The notes under the pieces were generated by a model. That model had not been told where the DNA came from and ran no database searches. It saw only the letters and a list, made by a program, of their open reading frames with translations. From the human T2T-CHM13v2.0 reference genome, Homo sapiens, in the NCBI RefSeq assembly GCF_009914755.1, contig NC_060939.1: a DNA stretch of 64,000 nt; one strand, given 5' to 3'. Position 1 is the first letter of the stretch, and each line of letters opens with the position of its first letter. This document shows, piece by piece, positions 42,307 through 55,110 of the stretch. Made by a program: the position numbers and the translations under genes.

Positions 42307-44427
42307 TCCAGAAGTCTTAGCTAGAGAAATCATGCAACAGAAAGAGATAAAAGGCATCCAAATAGGAAAAGAAGAAGTAAAATGATCTCTCTTTGCTGAT
42401 GATATGATTCCATAGACAGAAAGTCCTAAAGACTCAGCCAAAAGGCTCCTGGAACTGATAAACAACTTCAATAAACTTTTAGGATACAAAATCAACACAC
42501 AAAAATCAGTAGCATTTCTATACACCAAAAATGTTCAAGCTTTGAGAATCAAGTCAAGAACACAATCCAATTTACAATAGCCCCCCCAAAAATGAAATAT
42601 CTAGGAATACATGGAATACATCTAACCAAAGAGTTGAAAGATCTCTACAAGGAAAACTACAAACACTGCTGAGAGAAATCATAGATAACACAAACAAATG
42701 GAAAAACATTCCATGCTCATGGATTGGAAGAATCAATTTCATTAAAATGGCCATACTGCCCAAAGCAATCTACAGATTCAATACTATTTCTATCAAGGTA
42801 CAAATGTCATTTCCACAGAACTGGAAAAACGCTATTCTAAAATTCATATGGAACCCAAGAACAAGCTAGATAGCCAAAGCAATCCTAAGCAACATGAACA
42901 AAGCCAGAGGTATCACGTTATGTTACTTCAAACTATACTACAAGGTTACAGTAATCAAAACAGCATGGTTCTGCTACAGAAACAGACACATAGACCAATG
43001 GAAGAGAATAGAGAACCCAGAAATAAAGCTACACACTTGTAGCCATATGATCTTTGACAAAGACAACAAAAATATGCAATGGGAAAAGGACCCCCTATTC
43101 AATCAACAGTGCTGAGATAGAAGCTTTTGCTGTGCAGAAGCTCTTTAGTTTAATTAGGTCCCACTTGTCAATTTTTATTTTTAATTTTTGTTTATGGTGG
43201 ATTTAATTTTTGTTTATATGGCTAGCCATATGCAGAAGAATAAAACTGGACCCCTACCTTTCACCGTAAACAAAAATTAACTCAAGATTGATTAAGGATT
43301 TAAAAGTAAAACCTCAAACTATAAGAATCCTAGAAGAAAACCTAGAAAACACCATTCTGGACATTGGCCTTGGGAAAGAATTCACAACTAGGTCCTCAAA
43401 AGCAATTGCAACAAAACCAAAATTGACAAGTGTGACCTAATTAAACTAGAGAGCTTCTGCACAGCAAAAGAAACTATCAACAGAGTAAACAGACAGCCTA
43501 CAGAATGGAAGAAAATATTTGCCAACTATGCATCTGACAAAGGTCTAATATCCAGAATCTATAAGGAGCTTAAACAGCAGAACAAGCAAAAAACAAATAA
43601 CTTCATTAAAAAGTAGGCAAAAGACATGAACAGACACTTCTCAAAAGAAGACAGACAAGTGACCAACAAACATGAGAAAATTCTCAACATCAGTATTTAT
43701 AAGAGAAATGCAAATCAAAACCACAATGAGATACCATCACACACCAGTCAGAACAGCTATTATTAAAAAGTCAAAAAACAAATGCTGGCAGGGCTGTGGA
43801 GAAAAGGGAAGACTTATACACTGTTGGTAGCAATATAAATTAGTTCGGCCGCTGTGGACATACTTTGGAAGTTTCTCAAATAACTTAAAACAGAATTATC
43901 ATTCAACTCAGCAACCCCATTATTGGGTATATACACAAATCATTCTACGAAAAAGATACATGCACTTGTATGTTTATCACAGCACTATGCACAGTAGCAA
44001 AGACATGGAATCAACCTACATGCCAATCAAGGATGGATTAGATGAAGAAAATGTGGTACATATACACCATGGAATATTACATAGCCATAAAAAAGAAGAA
44101 AATCATGTCCTTTGCAGCAACATGGATACAGATGGAGGCCATTATCCTAAGCAAATTAATGCAGGAACAGAAAACCAAATTCCTCATGTTCTCCTTTATA
44201 TGTGGGAGCTAGACATTGGGTACTCATGGATATAAAAATGGCCAAGAATAGACACCGGGGACTACTAGGGGAAGGGAGCAAGTGTTGAAAAACTATTGGG
44301 TACTATGCTCACTTCCTGGGTGACAGGATCATTCATATCCCAAACCTCAGCATTGTGCAATATACCTATATAACCTGCACATCTACCCCCTGAATCTAAA
44401 ATAAAAGTCAAAATTAAAAAAAAAAAA
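42307..44427 (+). mobile_element. 5'-truncated L1PB-type element (~2.1 kb)
   Basis: RT region (ctctttgctgatgatatg, LFADDM) through 3'UTR and poly(A); ORF 42894..43115 is ORF2-like. Confidence 0.9.
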
Positions 44428-44454
44428 GACCAAATCTATGACCTAAGTGTCAAC

Positions 44455-44670
44455 TAGAGATAGCATTGGGTTAAGAGCACAAGCCACTCCTGGGGTTTGA
44501 ATCCCAGCTCTTCCATTATACGTCTCTGAGAAAGTTACTTAACCTCTCTGGGGTTTGATTCTTTCCCTTTAAAATGGGGAAAATAATGGTGCCTACCTCA
44601 CTGGGTTGCTGTGAAGATTGCATTGAATGAGCTAATTATTATGAGGCTTAGCACAATACCCAGCACTTAG
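44455..44670. mobile_element. MIR
   Basis: tttgaatcccagctct..aagttacttaacctctctg..aaaatgggga. Confidence 0.7.
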
Positions 44671-45269
44671 TAATCCTCACAATCCTTCAAGGAACATCTC
44701 ATGATCCCCATTTTCCAGGTGGGTAAATGCACTTAGAGAAGGCATCTTTGCTAACAGTCCCACAGGTAACCGATGGACTTTCTAAAGTGTCAGCCATTCC
44801 CCTGGCTTCTCCTTCCCCTCCTTCTCCTAGGTGGTCAAACTATACAGAGTATAAATGTTCTTTCACTTTTTTCCTACGACTCAATCTGTCCCATGACTTT
44901 CTCTCAAATATTCCCCTTTCCCAGCTCCCCATGATGCTCAAGTCCTTTCTTTTACTATGAAAACATTTTTTCTTTGTTGCTGGATTTTGTTCTCATCAAT
45001 TCTTTTATGCCAAGGACATTCGGGACTATCCCATACTAAGAAGTGGTGTTAGAGAAATCCCCTTGACTATTTGGGTATCAGTTTGCCATTCTTTGGAAAT
45101 TATTCTCCCACCACCACCTTTTCCTCAGTTTTTATTTTTTCATATTTTTTCAGCCTCAAGGTACTCCTTCCCAGATCTAGACAAGGTCCCCAAGGAAGAT
45201 CAAAACATTTTTGAGGTCAGGAACTATTCCAACTCACACTATCTAGACTACAGACTAATTTAAAGACTA

Positions 45270-45560
45270 CAGACAATCAACAAAAGCTGCTATTTAACTC
45301 AAAGGACAGAACAACTATTTTCAAATATTTGAGGAGCTGTCACATGAGAGATACTTATTCAGTCTCTTTTGCAAGGGCAGAGGCAAACAATGCAGGGTAA
45401 TGATGGGGAAACAGACCTCAGGTCAAAAGAAGAAGGAGATTCCTCACCAATGGAGCTGTTCGAAGGGAGCTGGCTTCGTTGAGCTCATGAGCACTGCATC
45501 ATTGGGAACATCTGAGCAGAGACTGAATGCCATCTGCAGGCTTATTCTGAAGGAAGTTCC
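45270..45560. mobile_element. L3/CR1-like fragment
   Basis: ttcaaatatttgaggagctgtcacatg..tcatgagcactgcatcattgg..aggcagagactg-like motifs. Confidence 0.45.
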
Positions 45561-46419
45561 TGCATCAAGTTGAAAGTATGTACATAGTCTCCCGGGCGAA
45601 TGCAGGAGAATCACCTGGAACACTTTTAAAGGGGTTACAGCAGGTAACTGAGGCAGACTTAGAAGAGTAACCTAGATGGGGAAGGGCATGTTAGGTGGTA
45701 AGATTAGATTAGAGTGAAGGAGGCTACGCAAGACAGATCACCCACCTTACAATTCTATCTCAATCATCAATGGTACTCAGACAAGCATAGTTCCTCTTTG
45801 AGCCACCCAGGGTGAGGATGTGTAGAAGGTACTCTACTCATCTCCTTCTTCATTTTGTGGTGATACCACTCCAGCTCTGGCTGATTTATGATGCTATTTT
45901 AGAGAAGGTCCCAGGCCACTTACCAGAGGGTCAGAGAAAAAAGCCCATGGTAAAGGGAGTTGATAAGAATGTGTATCCAGTCTACAACAGCAATTAGGGG
46001 CCTGGGCCTGATATCCTGCATTTCAGCCTAATGGGTGGATGAATTAACAACACCACCACAGTGTGGGGAATAGGAGGAAGAACTGGGGGTGAGGATGATG
46101 GGGGGATAGAGGGTGGAGTGCACAAGAGTTGTATGAAGCAGCCTGGACTTGACAGACACACATCCTTCATTAGCACTCCTACTCAGAATGAGCTGATGAC
46201 CATGACTATTATACCAAATATCAAGTGAAAGAATTACACAATGGGTTTGAGTTTCTTCTACAGAACTGAGATGTAAGAAGTATCAAATTTTTTTACCTTT
46301 TCATATCAAATTAGACTGGCTCTGAACCTCTAGTCTGTCCATTCCATCTCCTTGGAGCGTATAAGAATTTCAGGTCTTACCTAGTCCCAAGAGACAGAGA
46401 AGGGCTTGGTCCTTAGTCC

Positions 46420-46727
46420 TGATACAGTTTGGATATTTGTCCCTGCCAAAATCTCATGTTGAAATGTGATCCCCAATGTTGGAGGTGGGGCCTGGTGGAA
46501 GATGTTTGGATCATGGAGGTGGATCTCTCATGAATGGCTTGGGCCATCCCCTTGGTGATAAATTCACAGGAGATCTGGTTGTTCAAAGTGTGTGGCATCT
46601 TCCCCACTCCCTTTTCCTTACTCCTGCTTTCATCATGTGATGTGCCTGCTCCCCCTTCACCTCTGCCATGATTGGAAGCTTCCTGAGGCCTCCCCAGAAG
46701 CAGATGCTGACATGCTTCCTGTACAGC
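46420..46727 (+). mobile_element. MST (MSTB-like) MaLR LTR, 3'-truncated
   Basis: tgatacagtttggatatttgtccc..aaatctcatgttgaaatgtgatcccc..ccatgattggaagcttcctgaggcctccccagaagc. Confidence 0.8.
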
Positions 46728-46784
46728 AATACAATAAAAAAGTAGTTGACATGAACTATATTTTTAAACCTCCTGCAATCCAAT

Positions 46785-46950
46785 ACTTACCAGATTTCAT
46801 AATTTAACATCTCTGAAATTAGAAGTAAATCTTACATCCAATGGCATCTTTACAACTCTAAGCGGCAATATTCTTCTTGTTTTCCCGTGGTATGTAAATG
46901 AATGGTGCATCATTTACAAGGGGGCATTTTAGATTCCATCAACTGTGGTA
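46785..46950. mobile_element. MER104-like Tc2 MITE
   Basis: tttaacatctctgaaatt..atggcatcttt..ttagattccatcaactgtggta. Confidence 0.45.
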
Positions 46951-49537
46951 TGTATAATGCATGGTTGAAAGATACTGGGTTAGAACCTCTCCGAAGGCAA
47001 GAAAAAGAAACCATTTCTTATTTATCTTGTACCGTGGCCTCTCCACACTCAGTGTTCTATTAAGTGATTGATTCACTTATTAATTTTAAATTTAGTCCAG
47101 TAGAACTAAATTTGTTAGTACATTTCATCTGAGAGGTCTACTAGATGTAAGCTATGTGTGAACCATACATGAGAACTTTGAGGAAGAAATGGAACCGTAA
47201 AACAAAGTCTTGCCTGTCAATCAAAAAGATAATTCTGGTCATCTTGTCTACCCCTAAGTATTTAACTAAGCTCCCAAACTATGAACCACAATTATTTATA
47301 TTATAATTGTAAAATATATATTTTTAAAAATATTTCAATTAAAAATGTTAGTATTCATTGAGACAAAAAACCATACACAATACCTAAACATATTTTGTCA
47401 ATAATATGCAGTTAGAAACTATTCCTGTTGTTCAAAACACATCATCTCGTACCTTCAGAAAACTATTAGCTACCACACAAAATGATACCAGGAAAATATT
47501 TTGACCTGCCCTATAGTGTTTTTGGTGTTACTTGGTTTAAAAAAAAATCTTGCTGTTTTTATCTGGTTTAGACCAAATAGGCACCTCACAAAGAAAAATA
47601 GGTATAGTTTCAAATGTGACTTATCACGTGGTCCAAATAGGTCAGAGTGCCAGCTGCCATTAGCAGTGGGGCAAGACTAGCCATTGATGGCCCATGTTCA
47701 TTCTTATTGGTCAGTGTCCCTGTCCAACTGTTTGTTAAATAAGCTTAATATCTCCCCCAGTCACTAATCATAATCCCAAATTAATTTATTCTTTTTCAGT
47801 AGTCATTTAATGAAAGTGACATTATCTCAAGAAATTCAGTAACAGGAATTTTATTCAAAACCTTTTCTGAGGATGTTTTGGGGTCAATATTATTATTTCT
47901 GTCCAATCTTGGTGCATTATCTCATACTTCCCTGTATCTCTATAGTGTCACATACTGGAGCAGAGACAGAAAGGGGATGAGAAGGAAAATCATCAGCTGT
48001 CAAAGAAGCATCCTAATCATTGCTCACATTTACCTAGAAGAAGGCAGGGAGTATAGAAACATTTATTACAAGGGGTGAAACAACTAGATTTCTTCTTGAT
48101 CATTACTTTATTTCCAAGTTAACTATCATCTCTCCATGCATCCTGCTCCAGTAAGAATTTTCTGTGTAAGTCTAGGGCTGCAGTTTATTAAAAATTTTAA
48201 CTTGCCCTTATAAACCTTATGGGAATCTGAATTGAGATAGCCAGAGATATCTGGCCAACTAAACATTATTATTTCTTGAAATCTGGATGTTTATGTATGC
48301 AGCTCCAAGCTGATTTGTATTCTGCACCAGTTACAGGAATAGATCTGCCAGGAAGTTTTGAAATTCAAGGACAGATAGGGTTAAGTCATAGCCCCAAACT
48401 ACAGATTAGCCCAGCAAGGTCCTCCAAATCTTTTGCAATACACATTTGGTAATACGTGGGTCATTTAGTTCTGGCTTCCAGGCAGTTCAGCTAAAGGCTT
48501 AGGCTAGAGAATTGCAAAAGCTTATGATTTCTCACCAAGGAATGAAATGTGACGCAGTAGAGCAAACTGCAGACATTTAATACCAGATGTTAATGTAAAA
48601 ATTGGAAAATTGTGACCCCCCCCCACCACACGGTTATCTGACCCATGGCCTGCAGAATTCCATCACAAAGTCTGTAAGTCATCATTATTCCTGGATTCCT
48701 ACACTATTAACTTTGTGCCTACTCTTTGTAGTGTAAAATAATAATTCTGAGTCATATAACTGAGATAATTAGATTATATCAATCTTGAGGCATTTTGTGC
48801 ACACACTAACAGAGTAATTCAATTTCTTACCATAAAAATCAGAAGTAGAGCTTTTCTCATTAGTTGGATTTCCTAGTGACTTTTTAGAAATAGTTTGAGA
48901 CATTTTTATTTCCTTTGCCTTCCACACCTACCTGACGTCACTAAATGCTGTAGGAAAGGAAGGAAGGAAGGGAGATTTTTCTTATTTGCACTGAAAGGTA
49001 AAAGAACATTTGAAACATATATTTCTGAACATTTTTACATTTATTTACACTTTTCCCTAAATCTGCACATTTTAAATCTACACAGACACAATACAGTTTA
49101 TGTAAGAATGATACACAAACTGCAAAGTGCTCTATAACTATGAAGAAAATTGTTCAAGCTCTGTTGCTTCAACTTCGGTCCCAAGGGAACAAAGGCTCAA
49201 AGAATCTCCTCTAAGCCCAGATTCAAGGTAGGGAGGACTTTTAAATGAGCTCTTCTTAACAGGACATGAGTATCTTACCTTCACATCTGGATACTTTTGT
49301 TACTCAAAATGATGAGAGAGGAAAGGAGGGTGTGGAGATATCTTCATGAATCATTAACAAGAAACAGCATTCAACTGACCCAGGTAAAATGCCACCACAG
49401 GGTTTAGCAGCTCTGTGGTGAGCTGAGAGAAAAGCCAGAGACAGCAGTGCATCAGGGGCTAGTCTAGAGAAATACAAACCAGTACAACAGCCTGAAGAGC
49501 CAGGCCCTGCCCTCAAGAGAACATCCAATTCAGTTTC

Positions 49538-49538
<1 letters not shown>

Positions 49539-49570
<32 letters not shown>
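49539..49570. repeat. (TC)n(TA)n microsatellite
   Basis: Directly visible. Confidence 0.95.
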
Positions 49571-50664
49571 GAAAATCTGTCTCTCTAACAAAGGCAATTG
49601 CAAATACACAACAGACAACACTGACAAGAACAGCTCACAGATTGGGTAAATGAGAAAAGGGCTTTAAGACCATCCTGTCCCAATTTCTCTATCAATGGAC
49701 AAGGACACCAAGGCCTGGAGAAGTCAGGTGGCATGCCCCAGCTCACACAGATCAGCACCATCACTGTGACAAGAAGCCAGGGCTCCTGGCCCCCATTCTG
49801 GTAAGATTTTCTTGTTCTCACACAAGATGTGAAGGAAATTTTACTATTCAAGAGTCAAATATAATCCACTTTTTTTTTCTTTGAGGGATTACATTTATTT
49901 TTCAGAGAGTCAGATTATCTCAAAAAAACATATAACTGGAAAACTCTTTTCTCCCTCCCACCATCCTTTCCTCCATTACTTTTTCCTCTCTTGCTTTATC
50001 TGTCTTACTTTCTTCCTTCCTCTCTCTCTTTCTTTCCTTCATAAGTATATACATCTGGAGGCAGAGGAGAGAGCCAAAGATAGCAGAGCTAAGTCAGGGA
50101 AACACAATTTGCAATTACCTATAATAGCTCAAAACTTGGGCTGAGATTTTAAAAACACAAGATTATCAGCTTAAATCTAGAAAAAATAGTTTTTCTTTCC
50201 AAATAATTTGATAACATTTATGTAAAATTAAAATGTTATTATTCCCCAGTGCCCCCACCATCACTACCCACCTCTCATCACTTTTCATCTTCAGGTTCAA
50301 AATAATCCCTGGCGCTTGTAATTGAATGATCTCGCAATGGGTGTGTGAGTTTACTTGGATCTCATGGGGCCAAAGTAAGCTGATAATATGTTTCTCTCAC
50401 AATCATCCACACTATTTGTTTATAAACAGCCTTATTTAATTTAAACTGGACTTGCAAAATTGGACCACTTCTAATCTTTCCTATCCCTTACACATAGGTC
50501 CAATTGTTTCATTTTATTCTTGACTCTGATTCTAAGAATGAGTACATTTTCCCCAGCATGTAAAGGAGAGAAAAAAATACCCGTGGACTAATGTAACAAA
50601 AATCTCCCCAGTGAATTTCCCATAAAGAAGAGATAAAACATCAAGTACCAATAGTGCCAAAACA

Positions 50665-50670
50665 TTTACT
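50665..50670 (-). terminator. Candidate variant polyadenylation signal AGTAAA of ATP8B4
   Basis: Plus-strand TTTACT with a U-rich downstream element ~25-45 nt further along the minus strand. Canonical AATAAA candidates also occur at 51666-51671, 51124-51129 and 51078-51083. Confidence 0.5.
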
Positions 50671-51344
50671 GAAAGTTTTCAAATCTTGCAAAAATGTTAC
50701 AAAAAGTGAGCAAATGTGGTGAAACTAATGACAAATTAGACATTGAAAACCAACATCTGGTTAAGTGTAGGCAGGCATGTAAGGGAAAGACAACGTCCAT
50801 AGGCAGTTACTATGGTAAAGGACTGCATTTGACTCTTTTACACATATTATTTCATTTGATCCCATTTAGGAAAGATTATCCCAGACTTGAAAATTTTGGT
50901 TTTAAAAAATTGTGACCTATAGATATCACATTAGCTCATTATCCATCAAACTCACTCAAGTGTCACCTGACTCTCTTGGGAAATGTAACTTTGTCTGACC
51001 AAGAATTTAATAGGGACCAGATTAAGGACTCTGTAGAATTAGAAGTTGATTTGTAGAAAACCATTAAGACATGATGCTTTATTTTTGCTTTCTGGTAGAG
51101 AAATGTACCTCCATGGTTATAATTTTATTTCCCTGTAGGACCCTAACCAGTTTTATATCTTTCTGGCAATTTCATTTTATCAAAGCCTTCCTCACTGACT
51201 ATTTAGATTCCAGTTTTTTCATATTCTCTTCCAATTGCTCTGTTATACTGATGTTGAGTTAACTGGAACTTAACTCATCTGTTTATGAAATAATTATGTT
51301 TTTAATAATTTCAGAGTTTGTGCTTTGACAGACAATCATCAACC

Positions 51345-51460
51345 AACCACGTGAGGTAGGTAGTATGTCCTCATTTTACAGAGGAAGAAACTGAGTCTCA
51401 GAGAAGGCACATTATCGTCCAAGTTTATAGAGGTAAGAAGTGACAGAACTGAGGTTTTCA
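51345..51460. mobile_element. MIR fragment within the ATP8B4 3'UTR
   Basis: ctcattttacagaggaagaaactgagtctcagagaagg. Confidence 0.65.
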
Positions 51461-52599
51461 CACAAATATGCCCAAATCACTTTATGGAAAATACACTGAT
51501 GATTCATATGTGGACTGAAATTTGAGCTGCAACATCTCCAAAAAAACAACCTTACCTACATATGTTTACTACATGTTTGAATTATAAACATGACAGCTGA
51601 GTATCAAAAGCAACTAATTTTAAACAATCTAAACCTGAGTTTTAAAATAGTAATTAAAACAATTATTTATTAATTTGTTTGGCTTCAATTCTGAAGCTTT
51701 AAAAATTGGAAATGTTGAAAATATTTGCCCATAGACTATATGGAATATTATCATTAAAGTGTGAAATTCCAGTGCTTTGCTGATTCTATTAATGGTCTGG
51801 ATGATGCTCAGCAAATTACTACTGAGGTTGTTAGAAAAGCCATTGAAAAGTATTTAGAATACTTAGTGGCGAGCCTCTCTCACATTTCATAAGCATGTCC
51901 TTACATGACACAGACTGAGAGCTTTTTGAATAAATTTGATCAAATTACCAGCCTATCCTGCTGCAAAGATGTTCAGTCTCCTTTGTCCCTAGACTGGTAT
52001 AAAAATGAGAAACACAAGCACACTTTTGTATTCTTCAGGCTTGGAAGCCATTTGTTGTCCTGGCTGAACAGACAGGTAGATATCAAGACTAAAGAGTGAC
52101 ATGCAACTCAGTCTGAAAGCAACACAGTACACGCTTTAAATTTTAAAAGTATACCTTGGGAAAGGCTGATCTTACAGATACATGTTTATCTGTCAATAGG
52201 CATGCTTTTCAGCTTGGATATATACCTTTAAAATGCACCCTTTTATCCGCCTGAGGATCCATTCAGTGAATATGCAGCTTTACAAGTTTTTCTCCATAAA
52301 TAAGATTCTAAAGTTCAGGTCAATTGGTATCTAGGTTGATTTAAAAAAAAAAAATCTGTACTTGTAACAGCGAGAGTTTTGTCCACCAAATCACAAACTA
52401 GACAGTGACCCTCTGGCCTGGTTTTCCATAGCGCACACTCCTGTTTGATGGGCACTGGCAGTTGTCTGCCGCAGATTTAAGTAAAGTGAGGCAATCTGCC
52501 TGCCCCACCTCTTGCCTCAAATCTCAAACTCTGGAGCCAGCAGAATTTCAGCTCCACCTGAAGTGAAAAGATAACTACGTGGTTTAAATTCATATTGAC

Positions 52600-52881
52600 T
52601 CACAGTTTCACTGTTTTATCCTGGCTAAAGCTGCTCACGGTGTCTGTGGTTTTCTTACATAAATTTTCAATCCAGCTAGTGCTATTATAATGTGTCTTTT
52701 CCAGCCCTGATGTTGGGGGTGGATTTTTAGCTCGCATATTTTTTCCAGATGTGATAAGCTCTCCATAGCCTTCTTGGTGAGCAAAAGCATATCCAGACCT
52801 TCTTGAGCTTGACCTGCGGGTCCGAGGCCTTCGGCTACTTGGAGGCCTTGCCTTCTTTTGAGCCTTCTGCCACCGGCGGAT
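52600..52881 (-). CDS. ATP8B4: ATP8B4 terminal exon, coding part (cytoplasmic regulatory tail)
   Basis: Acceptor tctctccag|ATCCGC. Encodes IRRWQKAQKKARPPSSRRPRTRRSSSRRSGYAFAHQEGYGELITSGKNMRAKNPPPTSGLEKTHYNSTSWIENLCKKTTDTVSSFSQDKTVKL-stop (TGA 52600-52602). Contains a GYAF-type P4-ATPase tail motif; recognised as the ATP8B4 C-terminus. Confidence 0.96.
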   Translation of the reverse strand: MRRWQKAQKKARPPSSRRPRTRRSSSRRSGYAFAHQEGYGELITSGKNMRAKNPPPTSGLEKTHYNSTSWIENLCKKTTDTVSSFSQDKTVKL

Positions 52882-53755
52882 CTGGAGAGAAACAGACCCA
52901 AAGTGAGATGATGCATCCAAATGATAGACTCCAGGCAGTGGCCCACTTTGTAAAGTGAAAGCCTTTTTTTTTTATAAGTAAAAACAACATTGCAAAAGGA
53001 AGTTTTAAATCTAAAAACTAAGAAATTTTCCACCCAAAAGATAACACTGGGGGGGCACTGGTCCATTTTTATCTCTATCGAGACACTATTAAGTAATTAA
53101 GAAATATCAGACAAATTTCATTATTGTCTCTCATGTATCTTCAATGCATATGAGCACACATTTGTATAGAAAGATTTTCTAACATGCACCGCCCAAAGTC
53201 AGCATAATAATTTATAATTTCATTCTCCCAAAACAGCCTTTTTCCTCTCTTTTAGAGATTCTCTGGATCCAACAGTTGTCAGTAACTGGACTAGAAGAAA
53301 ATTCAGAAAATGAGTCAGAAATATTCAATTCTTGTGGTAGCTCAACGTATCATGAGACTTCCAGGGTTTTGATTTCTTAGGTTTGTATGGCCTTTCTAAA
53401 TGTTCCCTATTATGTGAGTAGGTTTCCCACAACTCTTTCATTTCCCTGTAAAGCTAAGGAGAAAAAGACCTGAGGTTTGTTGTAAGCAACCTTGTTCTCT
53501 GGTTTGGCAAATCACTTGGATCCTGACTTTTGTGTCAGGAGAAAACCATCAAGCAGAACATCACGATCAAACTTATCGGACAAACAAGCACATCCTTCCT
53601 TCCTTAACTCATCCGCCATTTTCTGGGTTTATGTCAGAATGAGCTTGGAGAACCAAAGAGAGAGGACAGATATGACAAGGGACTCCGAATTTTTCCGGAA
53701 GGAATCTTTTTACACTTTGGTCCCAAAATGTCAGAGACATCATGATTAAAAAAAA

Positions 53756-53756
<1 letters not shown>

Positions 53757-53828
<72 letters not shown>

Positions 53829-53859
53829 TCTATCTACCTACCTACCTACCTACCTACCT
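53757..53859. repeat. Compound STR (TG)16(TCTG)5(TCTA)7(CCTA)5 in the last ATP8B4 intron
   Basis: Counted directly. Confidence 0.95.
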
Positions 53860-54600
53860 CAGTCTCTCTCAGCATCACTGGCCTGGTCCCACTCACCACA
53901 GCAGCATGTTCCCCCTTCTCATGACATGGCTATGAATGTTTGTCTCCCTTTCTCCTTTTCACGCTTTATCTGAGTCCTGACCTAAGTTGATATTGTCCTA
54001 CTTACTCCTCTTCCCATGAAATTCTGAAATATGTTCTGTTAATTCTCCAGTTAAGGAATTTCTATAACCTGTTCTTCCTATTTTCCTTCCAAGTGTACTA
54101 ATCTACCCAGCATGCTGCTCTTCCCCTTCTTAATCTGTTCAGAAGGTAACATCTCACCCATGTTTCTGAATCTGCTACTGGATTTCTACAAAAATGTTAA
54201 GCCCCTTTGACTCATACCATGCTTGTCTCTCTTTTATTGTGCTTGTACTTGCCCTCAAATCAGTATCTTTTCCTATAGCTTGCCTTTCCCTTGGAAAAAT
54301 TGTCCAAAATGATGCCTGTGATCTTCTTTTTAAAAGTCAGCTTTTTAAAATACCCAGTTCAACTTGTAATTTATGACTCCCCATCCACATTTAGTATAGA
54401 TGCCTCTCTTCATGGCACTAAGGACTAGTACATTCAAGATGTGGGAAGTCCCATCTATTCTGATGTGATCTCATGCACCAGTAGGTGTTTGCTTGTGACA
54501 ATTTCATTAGCCCATCTCTGAGCTTCCAATAAGGCAGAAAAGGACACCATTTCAAGAGCCAAAAACCAGCCTTCAAGTATTCATCAGCACTGTGACATAC

Positions 54601-54731
54601 CTGATCACTCAGGGTTGGGTATAAATCCACCTTCAAAAATCTGAATGCCACCACTGGCATAACTGAAGCCACTGTTGTTAAGAGAATTACAAGCCAGATG
54701 CACTTCTGGGTCAGGGAATGTCGTGCATTAC
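54601..54731 (-). CDS. ATP8B4: ATP8B4 penultimate coding exon (131 nt; last TM helix)
   Basis: Acceptor ttgatag|GTAATGCA, donor GATCAG|gtatgt. Encodes (G)NARHSLTQKCIWLVILLTTVASVMPVVAFRFLKVDLYPTLSDQ, part of ORF 54418..54738. Phases are consistent with both neighbouring exons. Confidence 0.96.
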
Positions 54732-54815
54732 CTATCAATCATTAAAGAAAATATACACTGTGGTTACAAGTAGGACTGAATTATTAATTAATAGGTTCTT
54801 TGTTCCTACAAGATC

Positions 54816-55110
54816 TTTTTTTTTTTTGAGATGGAGTCTTGCTCTGTCTTCCAGGCTGGTGGAATGCAGTGGTGCGATCTCAGCTCACTGCAAGCTCTGC
54901 CTCCTGCGTTCATGCCATTCTCCTGCCTCAGCCTCCTGAGTAGCTGGGACTACAGGTGCCCGCCACCACGCCCGGCTAATTTTTTTTGTATTTTTGGTAG
55001 AGGCAGGGTTTCACCATGTTAGCCAGGATGGTCTCGATCTGACCTCATGATCCTCCTGCCTCGGCCTCCCAAAGTGCTAGGATTACAGGCGTGAGCCACC
55101 ACGCCTGGCC
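54816..55110 (-). mobile_element. AluY/AluSc-like element
   Basis: Diagnostic gcaagctc..gccattctcc and ttagccaggatggtctcgatct; TSD AAGATCTTTTTT starting at 54810 and 55111. Confidence 0.92.

Larger units (their letters stand above)
50644..52599 (-). other. ATP8B4: ATP8B4 3'UTR (end approximate)
   Basis: Mostly unique sequence after the stop codon. The end is inferred from AGTAAA at 50665-50670 (minus) followed by a U/GU-rich tract (tgttttatctcttctttatg). Confidence 0.6.

Noticed and set aside
52635-53066. 143-aa ORF overlapping the ATP8B4 last exon
   Set aside because: Alternative frame starting in the intron; the spliced frame 52600-52881 explains the region.
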